Assembly (NCBI RefSeq): GCF_001481685.1
Contig: NZ_CP006867.1
Location: 780,001-812,000, forward strand
Direction of reading: 5' to 3'
Origin: Ignicoccus islandicus DSM 13165
GTDB lineage: Archaea > Thermoproteota > Thermoprotei_A > Sulfolobales > Ignicoccaceae
DNA length: 32,000 nt
The notes under the pieces were generated by a model that saw only the letters and a program-made list of their open reading frames with translations, was not told where the DNA came from and did no database searches. Both the position numbers and the translations under genes were made by a program. Shown one piece after another: positions 17,232 through 27,515 of this stretch; positions within the stretch are counted from its first letter, which is position 1, and each line of letters starts with the position of its first letter.

Positions 17232-18563
17232 TTATTTGTTAACGTTCCTTTGTAAGAGTTTCTCGTTTACGCCATTGTACTCGTAGACGAGTTCCAGCTC
17301 GCTTAAGCTGTCCTTTAAACCGAACAACTCCGCCGTTAACCTGAGCAACTGCAAATCGCCTTTTAGCGATGCTTCCTTGACCCTCAATATAGTGTCCTTC
17401 AATATTTTCTTTACCATTGACTTACTCATTTTCTCTAAGATTGGCCAATACTCCTTGGGCACCTTGCTCTTCGCCCTCTCCACTTCGTTTAGCCTAATTT
17501 GCTCGGCCCTCTCCATTAGCTCCTTCAGTATTTTATCACCTAGGAGTTTCTGGCTTAGATCCATTAGCTTGTTGAGTTCTTCCTCGATTATAGACTCTGC
17601 CTTAGAAACTTCTTTCAATCTCTCGTTAGCGTTCCTATTGGCTACCTCCGCTACTGCGTACATGTCTTTCAAAGTTACGAGTGGGTGTTTGGCTACTTCC
17701 GGGGAAACGCTCGGAGGCTCGCCTATGTCTATTATAAGTAGAGGTTTCCTTAGGTTACGTACAGTTGAGCTATCAATAACCGTTACTGAAACTGCCGAGA
17801 TAACTGCGTCTACTTCGTTAAGTAGTTCAGGCACTTTAGATAACGGGAAGGCTTTCCCGCCAACCTCTTTAGCTAGTAACTCCGCTTTCTCCAGCGTTCT
17901 GTTAGCTATCCAAATTTCGACTCCTTTCTCCTTTTTGTGTAAGTTCTTAGCTATTATCTCGCCGGCCATCCCCGCGCCTATTACTAGTACCTTCTTACCG
18001 CTCAAGTCGCCCATTAATTCCTTTAATAGAGCAACAGAGGCGGAAGGGATCCCTATGTTGCCTTTGCCTAAGTCCGTTTCCCTCCTAACCCTCTTTCCTA
18101 CCTTAACTGCTTCCTCGAAGAGCTGTCTCAACCCCTTATCTATGTAACCTTTCTTGGCGGAATACTCCATGGCTTCTCTGACTTGCCTCAAGATATCGCC
18201 TTCGCCTAAAACCAATGATTCCAAGCCGGACGCGACTCTGAACAGGTGCCTCGCTACGTCTATACCTATTTTAACGTCGAACTTCTCCTCTGGTATCGGT
18301 CTCCCGACCCTAGCTTCAATTATGCTTTTTATGGATTCGATGGTAGCGCCCTTGTTAGTTGTAGTAACGTAAACTTCGAACCTATTGCAAGTTTGAAGTA
18401 TGACCACGCCCCTAACGGCCGGTACCCGTAGTATTGAAGAATAAGCAGCATCTATTTGCGGGAAAGCGGAGCTCTCCACTAGCTCCTTCCCGCTCTTCTT
18501 TAGGTTAACGCCCACCATCACTAGATCGTCAAGGAACGTGGGTGACCTATAGGAGGCCGGCAT
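17232..18563 (-). CDS. hemA: Glutamyl-tRNA reductase
   Basis: 443 aa; LQTCNRFEVYV, ATSN-like LFRVASGLESLVLGEGDILRQVREAM, VLVIGAGMAGEIIAKNL. Confidence 0.95.
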   Translation of the reverse strand: MPASYRSPTFLDDLVMVGVNLKKSGKELVESSAFPQIDAAYSSILRVPAVRGVVILQTCNRFEVYVTTTNKGATIESIKSIIEARVGRPIPEEKFDVKIGIDVARHLFRVASGLESLVLGEGDILRQVREAMEYSAKKGYIDKGLRQLFEEAVKVGKRVRRETDLGKGNIGIPSASVALLKELMGDLSGKKVLVIGAGMAGEIIAKNLHKKEKGVEIWIANRTLEKAELLAKEVGGKAFPLSKVPELLNEVDAVISAVSVTVIDSSTVRNLRKPLLIIDIGEPPSVSPEVAKHPLVTLKDMYAVAEVANRNANERLKEVSKAESIIEEELNKLMDLSQKLLGDKILKELMERAEQIRLNEVERAKSKVPKEYWPILEKMSKSMVKKILKDTILRVKEASLKGDLQLLRLTAELFGLKDSLSELELVYEYNGVNEKLLQRNVNK

Positions 18564-18606
18564 GGCGTAAACCTCACTTAATTATCGATCTTCATTAGGG
18601 CAAAGT

Positions 18607-18618
18607 ACTTTATATAGA
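18607..18618. promoter_or_regulatory. Putative shared/bidirectional TATA element (CTTTATATAG on +, CTATATAAAG on -)
   Basis: Located between hemA (minus) and the 36-aa ORF plus EF-2 (plus), readable as a TATA box on both strands. Confidence 0.45.
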
Positions 18619-18646
18619 TTAGTTGTAAGACTTGAGGGCGAGGGGA

Positions 18647-18757
18647 ATGGATTTCATTCAATGGCTTCAATCGAATCCGACCATATTTGCTCTTTTAGTT
18701 TTGACGGCGTTAGCGAATCTAGCGTTAATAATTGCCCTTTTTATGGGAATAAAATAA
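18647..18757 (+). CDS. 36-aa single-transmembrane small protein
   Basis: ATG preceded by SD-like GAGGGGA and an upstream TATA box. Translation [36 protein letters not shown], with a clear hydrophobic helix. Absent from the ORF track because of its length. Confidence 0.6.
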   Translation: MDFIQWLQSNPTIFALLVLTALANLALIIALFMGIK

Positions 18758-18806
18758 GGTACCCCTTTTTAATCCCTTTCAAGTTCACGGGAACGGTAGA
18801 CTGAAG

Positions 18807-21026
18807 ATGCCGAAATATAAGCACGTAGAGGACATCCTAAAAATAATGAGAAATATAGAGCAAGTGAGGAACATAGGTATCATTGCTCACGTAGACCACG
18901 GTAAGACCACAACTAGCGACGCCTTGTTGGCGCACGCCGGAATCTTGAGTCCTAAGTTGGCTGGCGAAGCTAGGGCTTTGGACTATTTGGATGTAGAGCA
19001 ACAGAGAGGTATCACAGTAAAGGCAGCGAACGTCAGCCTCTACCACGAATACAAAGGCAAGCCCTACGTAATTAACTTGATCGACACTCCCGGCCACGTC
19101 GACTTCAGCGGTAAGGTAACTAGGAGCTTGAGAGTGTTAGACGGAGCGATACTTGTAGTCGATGCTGTAGAGGGAGTAATGACCCAGACCGAGACCGTGC
19201 TCAGGCAAGCGTTGGAGGAGTACGTTAGGCCTCTCTTGTTCATAAACAAAGTCGATAGGCTAATAAAGGAGCTCAAGCTCTCTCCGCAAGAGGTTCAACA
19301 AAGAATAGTTCAGATAATAAAGGAAGTAAATGAGAGGATACTCACCTTCGCACCAGATAAGGACTTCGCCAAGAAGTGGTTATTGGATCCGGCTAAGGGT
19401 CACGTTGCCTTAGGTAGCGCTAAGGACAAGTGGGGTATTACAATACCAATGGCTCAAGAAAAGGGTATAAAGTTCAGCTTCTTCGTTGACGCTTACAAGA
19501 CCGGCAACAAGGAGGCAATCGAAGAGCTATTTAGGAAAGCGCCCCTCCACGAGACCCTTCTAGACATGGTAGTTAGATGGGTACCCAACCCAAGGGAAGC
19601 CCAGCAATACAGGGTGCCCAGACTCTGGAAGGGTGACATTAACAGCGAATTGGGTAAGGCTATGGTAAATGCTGACCCTGAGGGACCTTTAGTCGTGTTC
19701 ATCAACGACATGAGGTTAGACCCACACACTAAGAGGCTGGTAGCTACCGGAAGGGTCTGGGCCGGTACTGCCACTGCTGGCAAGGAAGTATGGTTAGTTA
19801 ACGCCGGCAAGGAAGGCAAGATACTCCAAGTATCCATCTACATGGGACCCGATAGAGAGATTGTCGACTACGTTACAGCTGGTAACATAGTGGCCATGAT
19901 GGGTTTGGATGACGCTAGGGCAGGCGAAACTATAGTTGATATCAACTATAAGGACCAAGCGGCGCCGTTCGAACAGTTGCACTACGTTAGCGAGCCCGTA
20001 GTAACAGTTGCAATAGAGCCGAAGAACCCCAGGGACTTACCTAAGCTAATTGAGGCATTGAGAACCCTAAGCATCGAGGACCCCAACTTGAAGGTTACCA
20101 TAAACCAAGAGACCGGTGAGTACTTGCTCAGCGGTATGGGTATGCTTCACATCGAAATTGCGTTAACTCAATTGAAGGAAGTATATGGATTGGACGTCAA
20201 GGTCAGTCCACCGATAATCACATACCGTGAAACCGTCAGGAGCGCTGGTCCGAAGGTAGAGGGTAAGAGTCCCAACAAGCACAACAAGCTCTACATTACC
20301 GTTGAGCCGCTCGAGGAAGTGGTGATCGAACTAATTCAGAAGGGAGAGATAACCGAGGACCAAGATCCTAGGGATAGAGCCAAGATCCTAAGAGAGAAGG
20401 CGGGATGGGACACCGAGACCGCCAGGAGGATCTGGGCAATCGATGAGAACTACAACGTATTCATTGACAAGACTGTCGGTGTGCAACACTTGAGAGAAGT
20501 TAAGGACACTATATTGGGCGGTTGGAGGATCGCTATGAAAGAAGGCCCTCTAGCGAAGGAGCCCATTAGAGGAGTTAAAGTAATATTATGGGACGCGATA
20601 ATTCACGAGGACCCGGCCCACAGAGGTCCGGCCCAGCTATATCCAGCCGTTAGGAACGCCGTCTACGCTAGCATGCTCTTGGACAGGCCGACCCTATTGG
20701 AACCCCTGCAGAAACTCGACATAAGAGTTCCTAGCGACATGATAGGCTCAGTAACTGGCGTCATTAGCAAACACAGGGGCAAGATATTGGACATAATAGA
20801 CATGGGAGGTCAAGCCAGAGTGATAGCAGTGGTACCAATCGCGGAGAGCTTCGACCTACCTATGGAACTAAGGAGCGTTACAGCCGGAAGGGCGTTCTGG
20901 GGAACTGAGTTCTACGGATGGGCGCCCGTACCCGACCAATTGCTACCGGAGTTAGTAGCAAAGATAAGGCAGAGGAAGGGACTACCGCCTAACCCACCTA
21001 AGCCCGAAGACTTCCTAGGTCCGTAA
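18807..21026 (+). CDS. fusA: Translation elongation factor 2 (aEF-2)
   Basis: 739 aa; [50 protein letters not shown] (diphthamide region). Confidence 0.97.
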   Translation: MPKYKHVEDILKIMRNIEQVRNIGIIAHVDHGKTTTSDALLAHAGILSPKLAGEARALDYLDVEQQRGITVKAANVSLYHEYKGKPYVINLIDTPGHVDFSGKVTRSLRVLDGAILVVDAVEGVMTQTETVLRQALEEYVRPLLFINKVDRLIKELKLSPQEVQQRIVQIIKEVNERILTFAPDKDFAKKWLLDPAKGHVALGSAKDKWGITIPMAQEKGIKFSFFVDAYKTGNKEAIEELFRKAPLHETLLDMVVRWVPNPREAQQYRVPRLWKGDINSELGKAMVNADPEGPLVVFINDMRLDPHTKRLVATGRVWAGTATAGKEVWLVNAGKEGKILQVSIYMGPDREIVDYVTAGNIVAMMGLDDARAGETIVDINYKDQAAPFEQLHYVSEPVVTVAIEPKNPRDLPKLIEALRTLSIEDPNLKVTINQETGEYLLSGMGMLHIEIALTQLKEVYGLDVKVSPPIITYRETVRSAGPKVEGKSPNKHNKLYITVEPLEEVVIELIQKGEITEDQDPRDRAKILREKAGWDTETARRIWAIDENYNVFIDKTVGVQHLREVKDTILGGWRIAMKEGPLAKEPIRGVKVILWDAIIHEDPAHRGPAQLYPAVRNAVYASMLLDRPTLLEPLQKLDIRVPSDMIGSVTGVISKHRGKILDIIDMGGQARVIAVVPIAESFDLPMELRSVTAGRAFWGTEFYGWAPVPDQLLPELVAKIRQRKGLPPNPPKPEDFLGP

Positions 21027-21089
21027 TTTTCCGATGAGCAAACCTCCGATAGGCTGATCGAATGAGGAAACTCCCATGGAGCGAGGTTT

Positions 21090-22487
21090 TTAATAACCTG
21101 ATAGAACTCTTGGCACTTCTTCTATCAGACAAGAAGGCGATGAGTGTCCCCTCTCCTTTACACATTTCTCTCCCGCGAGAGTGACCGCTAAGGTCGCTGC
21201 CTTTGCGGCCCACCACGGCTCGTCCCTTCCCAATAAGGCGCCTACCACGCCACTCAAAACGTCCCCGGTACCTCCTACGGTCATATACGCGTTGCCCCTA
21301 TCGTTAAGTACAGTTCTCCCATTGCAGTAAACTACGTCTGTTTCTCCTTTTAGGATTACGCACGCTTCGTACTTATTCCCTATTTCCCCGGCGGCTTCGA
21401 TTCTCGATTGTAAGTCATCGCTTACTTCCCTTCCAAGCAACCTCGAGGCCTCCCCTAAATGAGGAGTCAACACGGCTCTCCACGAGAACTTAACGTCTAA
21501 TTCAGCCAATGCCTTCAATCCATCTGCGTCTATAACTACGCGCGCTTCCTTGCGTTCTTCAATGTATTTGAGAACGACCTTCACGACTTCTTTGGAAGTA
21601 GCGTGTAATCCCGGGCCTACTACTATTACGTTGACCCCATCTCTGTATAAACCCTCCAATAGATCGCTTGGGTTTAAGCTTCTCCAAATAAGTTCCGGAT
21701 AATCCATTCTATTAGGCGTATAGACGAAGACTAAGTCGGCCCCCGCTCTGAACGCCGCCAACGCGGAGAGCCATGGAGCGCCTTGGTACTTTTCAGACCC
21801 ACCTATTACGGCGACCTTGCCGTTCAATCCCTTCCTCTTCCTTCTCGGGGCGAGTTCCAAGTCGCCTTTTCCCAAATACCTCTCGGCCCTTCGAGGGATT
21901 CCTATTTCCACTACCTTGACCTTACTCATTATCTCCTTCAAACCCTTCTTAGCTCTGTGTACCGAAACCACTAGATCTGCGTTGAAACACAGCTCGCACT
22001 CCCCCGTATCTGGGTTCATTCCCGAAGGAACGTCTATCGATATTTTGTACGCGCTAGTTCCGTTAGCCCACTCTATTAGTTCCCTAGCTATGCCTCTCGG
22101 AGCTCCCTTGACGCCAGTGCCGAGTAGAGCGTCAATTATTACTTCAGCCTCAAATGGTTCTCTAACGAACTGAACGTCGCTCATTCTAGCCCGAATTAGG
22201 TTCTTTAATGTACTTTCTTTCGTAACTTCGCATTCTTTATAGGGAAATAATACTTTAACGTCCTTTCCCATCAACGCTAAGTGTCTCGCGGCAACTAGCC
22301 CGTCTCCGCCTTTCCCGCCCTTTCCCGCTAGTATTAAGAAAGAGTTCCCCTTTTCCGATGCTATTTTAGCTACCCATGCGCCAGCGTTCTCCATCATTAG
22401 CTCCTCAGTGAAACCGAGCTCCTCGGCGTTCAGCTCAATTGCCCTCATTTCCCTTACATCTAAGAATTCGCCCCTCCAAGAGCCCAA
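21090..22487 (-). CDS. nnr: Bifunctional NAD(P)H-hydrate epimerase / ADP-dependent NAD(P)H-hydrate dehydratase
   Basis: 465 aa; LMMENAGAWVAKIA, GKGGKGGDGLVAARHL, SIDVPSGMNPDTGE, LTPHLGEASRLLG, MTVGGTGDVLSGVVGALL. Confidence 0.95.
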   Translation of the reverse strand: MGSWRGEFLDVREMRAIELNAEELGFTEELMMENAGAWVAKIASEKGNSFLILAGKGGKGGDGLVAARHLALMGKDVKVLFPYKECEVTKESTLKNLIRARMSDVQFVREPFEAEVIIDALLGTGVKGAPRGIARELIEWANGTSAYKISIDVPSGMNPDTGECELCFNADLVVSVHRAKKGLKEIMSKVKVVEIGIPRRAERYLGKGDLELAPRRKRKGLNGKVAVIGGSEKYQGAPWLSALAAFRAGADLVFVYTPNRMDYPELIWRSLNPSDLLEGLYRDGVNVIVVGPGLHATSKEVVKVVLKYIEERKEARVVIDADGLKALAELDVKFSWRAVLTPHLGEASRLLGREVSDDLQSRIEAAGEIGNKYEACVILKGETDVVYCNGRTVLNDRGNAYMTVGGTGDVLSGVVGALLGRDEPWWAAKAATLAVTLAGEKCVKERGHSSPSCLIEEVPRVLSGY

Positions 22488-23613
22488 GGAAGAAGCGCCT
22501 CCAAGGGAATCCCTGAGGTAGGGTGAGTAAAAGCAGTAACGAGAACCAGTCTAATTTCTCTTTTACATCGATGTTCGATAGAGCTCTCAAGATGGTTCTC
22601 AAAGAATAAAGGTTCGCCAAGTATACTTCGTCCTTGCTTAACTTATAGCAGTACTTATCCAAACATAATTCCTTGTTATTCTCCTTGTTAGGATACCCGC
22701 AAGTCGTTCTGGGTTCGAGTAATCTCTTGAAGTACTCGATTAAGAACGCTACGTGATTACTGTTGTTTGGATCCAATTTAAGGATGGATAGTGGAATAAC
22801 GACTGTCATCCCTAAAAGGACCTTCAACGCTTCCTCGTTAATTTCCCGTACGAAGACCACCACTTCCAAGGTCTCTCTATCGCGGGTAAAGACTAGAGGT
22901 AGCACCGGTATGGCGGCGTTTCTAGGACTTGGCGATTTATTGGAGCTATTGTCAAATACGTTGATTATTCTAACTCGAGTGCCCTTCATTGATGCTAACG
23001 GTTTAATGCCGTACTTCTTCGCTAAACGTATCGCTAAGTTAGACGAAGACTTAATCGAATGCCTGGAAACGTTCTCAGTTAAGTAGAAAACGACCTTGTT
23101 CTCAGCTATCCCTTCTAGGCGGAAAACCTCTATAGGGGAAGGTATCTCGGTTGCATATATCTGATTGAGCGTGTTGGTGAAGTGAATCTCAGAGACCTCG
23201 TCTAACTCAACTAACGCTTGCGTAAAGTAGTTTTCGGGAGAGCCTTCAATCGTTTCTTTGATAAGGTCAAGGTGAGGTACTTTTTCTATTACTTCGGTTA
23301 TTATTTTACTCACGTTTTTGAATAGCTTTTTTAACTTCTTGATCTCGCGTCTATTGCCCTTCCTCCGGGGACCGAGGTCCTCAAGGTACGGGCTATCGCT
23401 CTCAATTTCGCTACTCCCCATTATATCGCCTAGAATGGTAGTATCTAGATTGTCTAGAACGAACTTAATTTCGGGGTCATTATTTAGACTGGAATGAAAG
23501 TAGTTTACGAGTGCTATATTTACATGAGAAATTGTGATGGGGATGAAGTGAAGTGGTTTAGTTTCTTGACGAGGACTAGTAACGACCTCTCTGTCCCGAT
23601 CATAAACGTACAA
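22435..23613 (-). CDS. Uncharacterised 392-aa protein
   Basis: Long ORF with no family I recognise; possible Cys cluster TTCGYPNKENNKELCLDKYCYKL. TATA-like TATAAT on the minus strand near 23658 gives a plausible promoter before the TTG start. Confidence 0.65.
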   Translation of the reverse strand: MYVYDRDREVVTSPRQETKPLHFIPITISHVNIALVNYFHSSLNNDPEIKFVLDNLDTTILGDIMGSSEIESDSPYLEDLGPRRKGNRREIKKLKKLFKNVSKIITEVIEKVPHLDLIKETIEGSPENYFTQALVELDEVSEIHFTNTLNQIYATEIPSPIEVFRLEGIAENKVVFYLTENVSRHSIKSSSNLAIRLAKKYGIKPLASMKGTRVRIINVFDNSSNKSPSPRNAAIPVLPLVFTRDRETLEVVVFVREINEEALKVLLGMTVVIPLSILKLDPNNSNHVAFLIEYFKRLLEPRTTCGYPNKENNKELCLDKYCYKLSKDEVYLANLYSLRTILRALSNIDVKEKLDWFSLLLLLTLPQGFPWRRFFLGLLEGRILRCKGNEGN

Positions 23614-23924
23614 CTCAAATCAACCAACCTATCAGTATTACCTAATGTCTATTTCATTATAGCGTTAGGATGCTAAATGTTTGGAAAGATAGTCTTTTCA
23701 ATGCGCTCTTCTCTACCTATACCTCGGTCATTTCTATTGTGATATAATATTAAAGTTAAACGTCATTTCCTACTGAGGGCATTCAACTCCGAGTTCTCCA
23801 TTCATATAACAATTCACAGAAATAGAGAAAAAGGTGCAAGAAAAGTTAGAATTTCTAACACATCATAATTAACTTGCATCAGTTATTACTCGGTAATCAA
23901 GACCGATTAAGGAGAGAAACGAAA

Positions 23925-25961
23925 TCACTCGCCCTTGAAGTTCGGCTTCCGCTTCTCCAAGAAGGCCGTTATTCCCTCCCTAGCGTCTTGTGTCGAGAGG
24001 ACCCTAGCGAACGCCTCCGCTTCCAGCTTCAAACCTTCTTTCAAGGGAACTTCCAGCGACGCTCTAACTGCTTCCTTAGCAGCGGCTAGCGCTATTGGGG
24101 GTTTAGAGGCTAGCTTGCTGGCAACGAGCCTTATTTCCGCATCGGCTACCCTTTTAGGTACTACCCAGTTAACTAAACCCCATTCCTTAGCAGTCCTAGC
24201 GTCTATCATGTCTCCTAGTAGTATCATTTCCATAGCCCTTCCCAGTCCTACGTACCTAGGCAACCTCTGGGTGCCGCCACCGCCGGGGATTATTCCCACG
24301 TTTATCTCCGGTTGGCCTAGCAACGCGTCTTCCGTTGCCAACCTCAAGTCGGCCATCATCGCTACCTCGAGACCTCCGCCTAACGCGTAACCTCTTATGA
24401 AAGCAATTACCGGTTTAGAGCAGTTCTCAACGCTTTCTCCTAATTGGATGAAGGGCCCAGCGACCTCAATTGGAGCTCTCTTAGGCTCCACCTTGCTCAT
24501 GTAAGTTAAATCGAATCCAGCGCTAAACACGTCTTCTCCAGTAAGTATAACTACCTTAACCTTCTCGTCGTTGCAAGCTTCCTCCATTGCCTCCTTCGCT
24601 TTTAAGAGTAATTGAGGCGTTAACGCGTTTCTCTGTTTGGGTCTATTAAAGACTATCCATAAAGTTTCCCCTTCCCTTCTTACCTTTATCTCGCCTCTGT
24701 CCTCTTCCTTTAGTTCATATTTATAGAATCCTTCCCCGCTCTTCACTCCTAACTTGTTCTCCTTAACCATTCTAACTAAGAGGTTATTGGGTTTGTAATC
24801 GTCTGCAAGAGACGTTTTCTCTTGAAGAGATTGAAGGACGTTATCTAATCCTAGGAAGTCGCCTAGCTTCAATATTCCCATAGGTAGATTTAGACCGAGA
24901 ACGGTGGCCTGATCCACGTCCTCTACGCCAGCTACCTCGTTCTCAACTAACCATACGCCCTCGTTAATCGCGCTATCTATCAGGTAGACGTAATCTACGC
25001 CCTCTGCGGCTGAAGCTGGAATTGAAGGCTTCTTGTACTTGCCGGGAGCGGGATACTTATAGAATCCTTCCCCGCTCTTCACTCCTAACTTGTTCTCCTT
25101 AACCATCTGCTCGAACTTAGGGCATATTGTTAAGTTCATACCCCTTTCCTTCATTGCTTTCATTAAGTGATAGAGTACGTCTAACCCAACGTAATCCGCT
25201 AATTCGAAGGCTCCCATAGGGAAGTTCAGCTTATACCTAAAGGCCGCGTCTACTTGCTCCATAGTATAGAGGCCCCTCTCGACGGCCCAACAGCCTTCGT
25301 TTAGGAAGCGGGCCATTACTCTGTTAACTATGAAACCGGGTACGTCCTTCTTAACTACTATTGGTACCTTCCCCATTTTCTTGGCTAGCTCCACTATTAC
25401 GTTCACGGTCTCGTCGCTCGTTTTCTCGCCTTTTATCACTTCTACGAGTTTCAGTATTACTGGAGGGTTGAAGAAGTGCATTCCAGCTACCTTCTCCGGT
25501 CTCTGGGTGGCCTTAGCTATCTCCGTAATTGGAATAGAAGAAGTGTTCGATGTTAATATTGCGTGCTTAGGGGCGTATTTATCTATGGTTCTAAAGATTG
25601 ATTGCTTTAATTCGAGTATCTCGGGCACGGCCTCTATCATGAAATCGATGTCCTTAGCCGCCTTAGCGTAGCTCTCCTCGTCTTCCGGGTTAGCTACCAT
25701 AGTTTCGATTCTACTCAATACTACCTCTGGGCTCTCCTTCAATTTGCCCTTAGCTTGGAGCTTTTCCAAGCTCTCCCTTATTCTACTGAGGGCCCTCTCT
25801 AGGAATTCCTCCTTTATATCTATCAACCTTACGTTAAAGCCGCTCATTGCAGCTACTTGAGCTATACCGTGACCCATTACGCCCGCTCCAACTACCAATA
25901 TCCTCTTGACTTCCATTGGATCGTACCCGTTTTCCAGAGATGTATAGGGAGTATATATCAC
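23925..25961 (-). CDS. Bifunctional 3-hydroxyacyl-CoA dehydrogenase / enoyl-CoA hydratase (crotonyl-CoA hydratase/3-hydroxybutyryl-CoA dehydrogenase type)
   Basis: 678 aa; Rossmann VVGAGVMGHGIAQVAAMSGFNVRLIDI; HFFNPP; crotonase AFIRGYALGGGLEVAMMADLRLATEDALLGQPEINVGIIPGGGGTQRLPRYVG. Confidence 0.95.
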   Translation of the reverse strand: MIYTPYTSLENGYDPMEVKRILVVGAGVMGHGIAQVAAMSGFNVRLIDIKEEFLERALSRIRESLEKLQAKGKLKESPEVVLSRIETMVANPEDEESYAKAAKDIDFMIEAVPEILELKQSIFRTIDKYAPKHAILTSNTSSIPITEIAKATQRPEKVAGMHFFNPPVILKLVEVIKGEKTSDETVNVIVELAKKMGKVPIVVKKDVPGFIVNRVMARFLNEGCWAVERGLYTMEQVDAAFRYKLNFPMGAFELADYVGLDVLYHLMKAMKERGMNLTICPKFEQMVKENKLGVKSGEGFYKYPAPGKYKKPSIPASAAEGVDYVYLIDSAINEGVWLVENEVAGVEDVDQATVLGLNLPMGILKLGDFLGLDNVLQSLQEKTSLADDYKPNNLLVRMVKENKLGVKSGEGFYKYELKEEDRGEIKVRREGETLWIVFNRPKQRNALTPQLLLKAKEAMEEACNDEKVKVVILTGEDVFSAGFDLTYMSKVEPKRAPIEVAGPFIQLGESVENCSKPVIAFIRGYALGGGLEVAMMADLRLATEDALLGQPEINVGIIPGGGGTQRLPRYVGLGRAMEMILLGDMIDARTAKEWGLVNWVVPKRVADAEIRLVASKLASKPPIALAAAKEAVRASLEVPLKEGLKLEAEAFARVLSTQDAREGITAFLEKRKPNFKGE
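24721..24770. repeat. 50-bp perfect direct repeat, copy 1 (intragenic)
   Basis: ttatagaatccttccccgctcttcactcctaacttgttctccttaaccat; identical to 25057-25106; encodes MVKENKLGVKSGEGFYK. Confidence 0.95.
25057..25106. repeat. 50-bp perfect direct repeat, copy 2 (intragenic)
   Basis: Same 50 nt, offset 336 bp (112 codons, in frame) from copy 1. Confidence 0.95.
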
Positions 25962-26770
25962 TATTTATGAAAGAGGACGGAAAGTATTGCGAAGGGGAAT
26001 ATCCATAGCACGGTCAAAGTAATTACTGCTTGAGTAGTTAACGTGACGTCGTAACCATATACCATCGCTAGAGCTATGTTCATAAAGGCGGGAGGCATTG
26101 AGGACTCTATTAGAAGCGTCAAGTCCTTGCTCATCAAGAAAATCGGTAAGGTTAGGAGCGGTAAAGCCACGTGTTTCAGAAGCCCTATTAGCATTACGTC
26201 TTTGCTCAATCTCACTACTTCGCGATTGAAGTTCAAGCCCAGGAGCAAAAGCCCCAGTTTAGAGAGCTCTGCTCCAATCCTCTTCGTCCACTCTATTGAT
26301 TCCAGCGATATATTGGAGGTAGATAATAGAAGGCCTAAGAGGAACGTTACAGTAAACGGTTGTATCCTAGCCTTGCCTTCTTTACAAGATATTATAGCTG
26401 CTAACGTGTAGTGAATGAAAGTAGTTACCATTGCGTAAACTAACGCGCTATCAACGGAACCTCCTAACGCTAAAGTAGCGGGTATTCCGAGAAATATCGT
26501 GTTGCCGAAAGCGGAAGTAATTGCGAAAGCCCCCCTCTTTGGGCAGTCGTCCCTGAAGAGGACAATTGGTATGAAAGCTACTAAAAGGGCAAGGCTAGGA
26601 GCCAGCACTGAGTGAAGTTGAGCCTTCAGCTCAACTCCGGCCCAAAACCCTAGGATCGGTGCATCTATATAAACTAGAAAGATGGATAAGTGTTTTGAAT
26701 ACTTCCTAAATCTAGTAGCTCCTAGGGGAAATCCTAGAGCTATTAATGCTAGCGACCAAACGTCTACCAC
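25961..26770 (-). CDS. AEC (auxin efflux carrier-like) family transporter
   Basis: Multi-TM sequence with FGNTIFLGIPATLALGG and C-terminal MPPAFMNIALAMVYGYDVTLTTQAVITLTVLWIF. The track ORF runs to 26947 but overlaps the PhoU gene; in-frame GTG near 26770 begins the hydrophobic part. Confidence 0.72.
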   Translation of the reverse strand: MVDVWSLALIALGFPLGATRFRKYSKHLSIFLVYIDAPILGFWAGVELKAQLHSVLAPSLALLVAFIPIVLFRDDCPKRGAFAITSAFGNTIFLGIPATLALGGSVDSALVYAMVTTFIHYTLAAIISCKEGKARIQPFTVTFLLGLLLSTSNISLESIEWTKRIGAELSKLGLLLLGLNFNREVVRLSKDVMLIGLLKHVALPLLTLPIFLMSKDLTLLIESSMPPAFMNIALAMVYGYDVTLTTQAVITLTVLWIFPFAILSVLFHK

Positions 26771-26835
26771 TACTTTCCGACCGATGATGTGAGTTTCAAG
26801 GGCTGATAAATGATGTGCCCGCGCAGGGCTGAAGG

Positions 26836-27468
26836 TCACTCTGGCATTTTCCCCTCTACTACGAATATTGTTAAGGCCGCTATGTGGGAGGCGTGATCGG
26901 CCAATCTCTCTAAGAACTTTATCGAAAGCGCTTCCACTACAGCGCAAGGAACGCTCTGCTCGTTCTTCATTATATCAATTAAGTTCGAGTGGTACTTCTC
27001 GTCGACGTCATCGTCCTTACTTATAACCTTGAAAGCCAATATTGTGTTCAATTCCTTAAAGGACCTCAAAGCATCGTTTATCATGGACTCTACGAGAGGC
27101 CTCAATTCATCGAACCTCTTGGTCTCACATTCTATTCCCATTTTCTCAGCTCGACTGAAGGCGGCTAACGCATCGTAAGCGTACCTGCCGAGTCTCAGCA
27201 GATCGTATCCGAGTTCCATGTAAGCCTTAACCTTCCTCAGGTCTGAAGCTATTGGTTGGAATCGAGCAATGGTTTCTAAGGCTAGTTCGTCGATTTCGTC
27301 GTTGAGTCTCCTAAGCTCTTGCACGTATTCTTTAACCTTAGTCCTCTTCTCTTCCTTCTCTTTCTCCTTTATGGCTTGAAGCGATAGTTCCACAGTTTTC
27401 TTCGTTAATTCCATTGCTTCGTTTACGCACTCATCGAGCCTTTTAAGAGCGATTTCTATTAACCTCAA
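26836..27468 (-). CDS. PhoU-domain family protein
   Basis: 210 aa; helical, KAYMELGYDLLRLGRYAYDA and EALSIKFLERLADHASHIAAL resemble the PhoU ER.aDHa.ni pattern. Confidence 0.75.
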   Translation of the reverse strand: MRLIEIALKRLDECVNEAMELTKKTVELSLQAIKEKEKEEKRTKVKEYVQELRRLNDEIDELALETIARFQPIASDLRKVKAYMELGYDLLRLGRYAYDALAAFSRAEKMGIECETKRFDELRPLVESMINDALRSFKELNTILAFKVISKDDDVDEKYHSNLIDIMKNEQSVPCAVVEALSIKFLERLADHASHIAALTIFVVEGKMPE

Positions 27469-27515
27469 CTTCGAGCCCGTGAGGATATTCTTCCCTCAAG
27501 TAAATTAAAGTGGAC

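Noticed and set aside
20998-21216. 72-aa minus ORF across the EF-2 / nnr boundary
   Set aside because: Overlaps both supported genes and has no domain or start signal.
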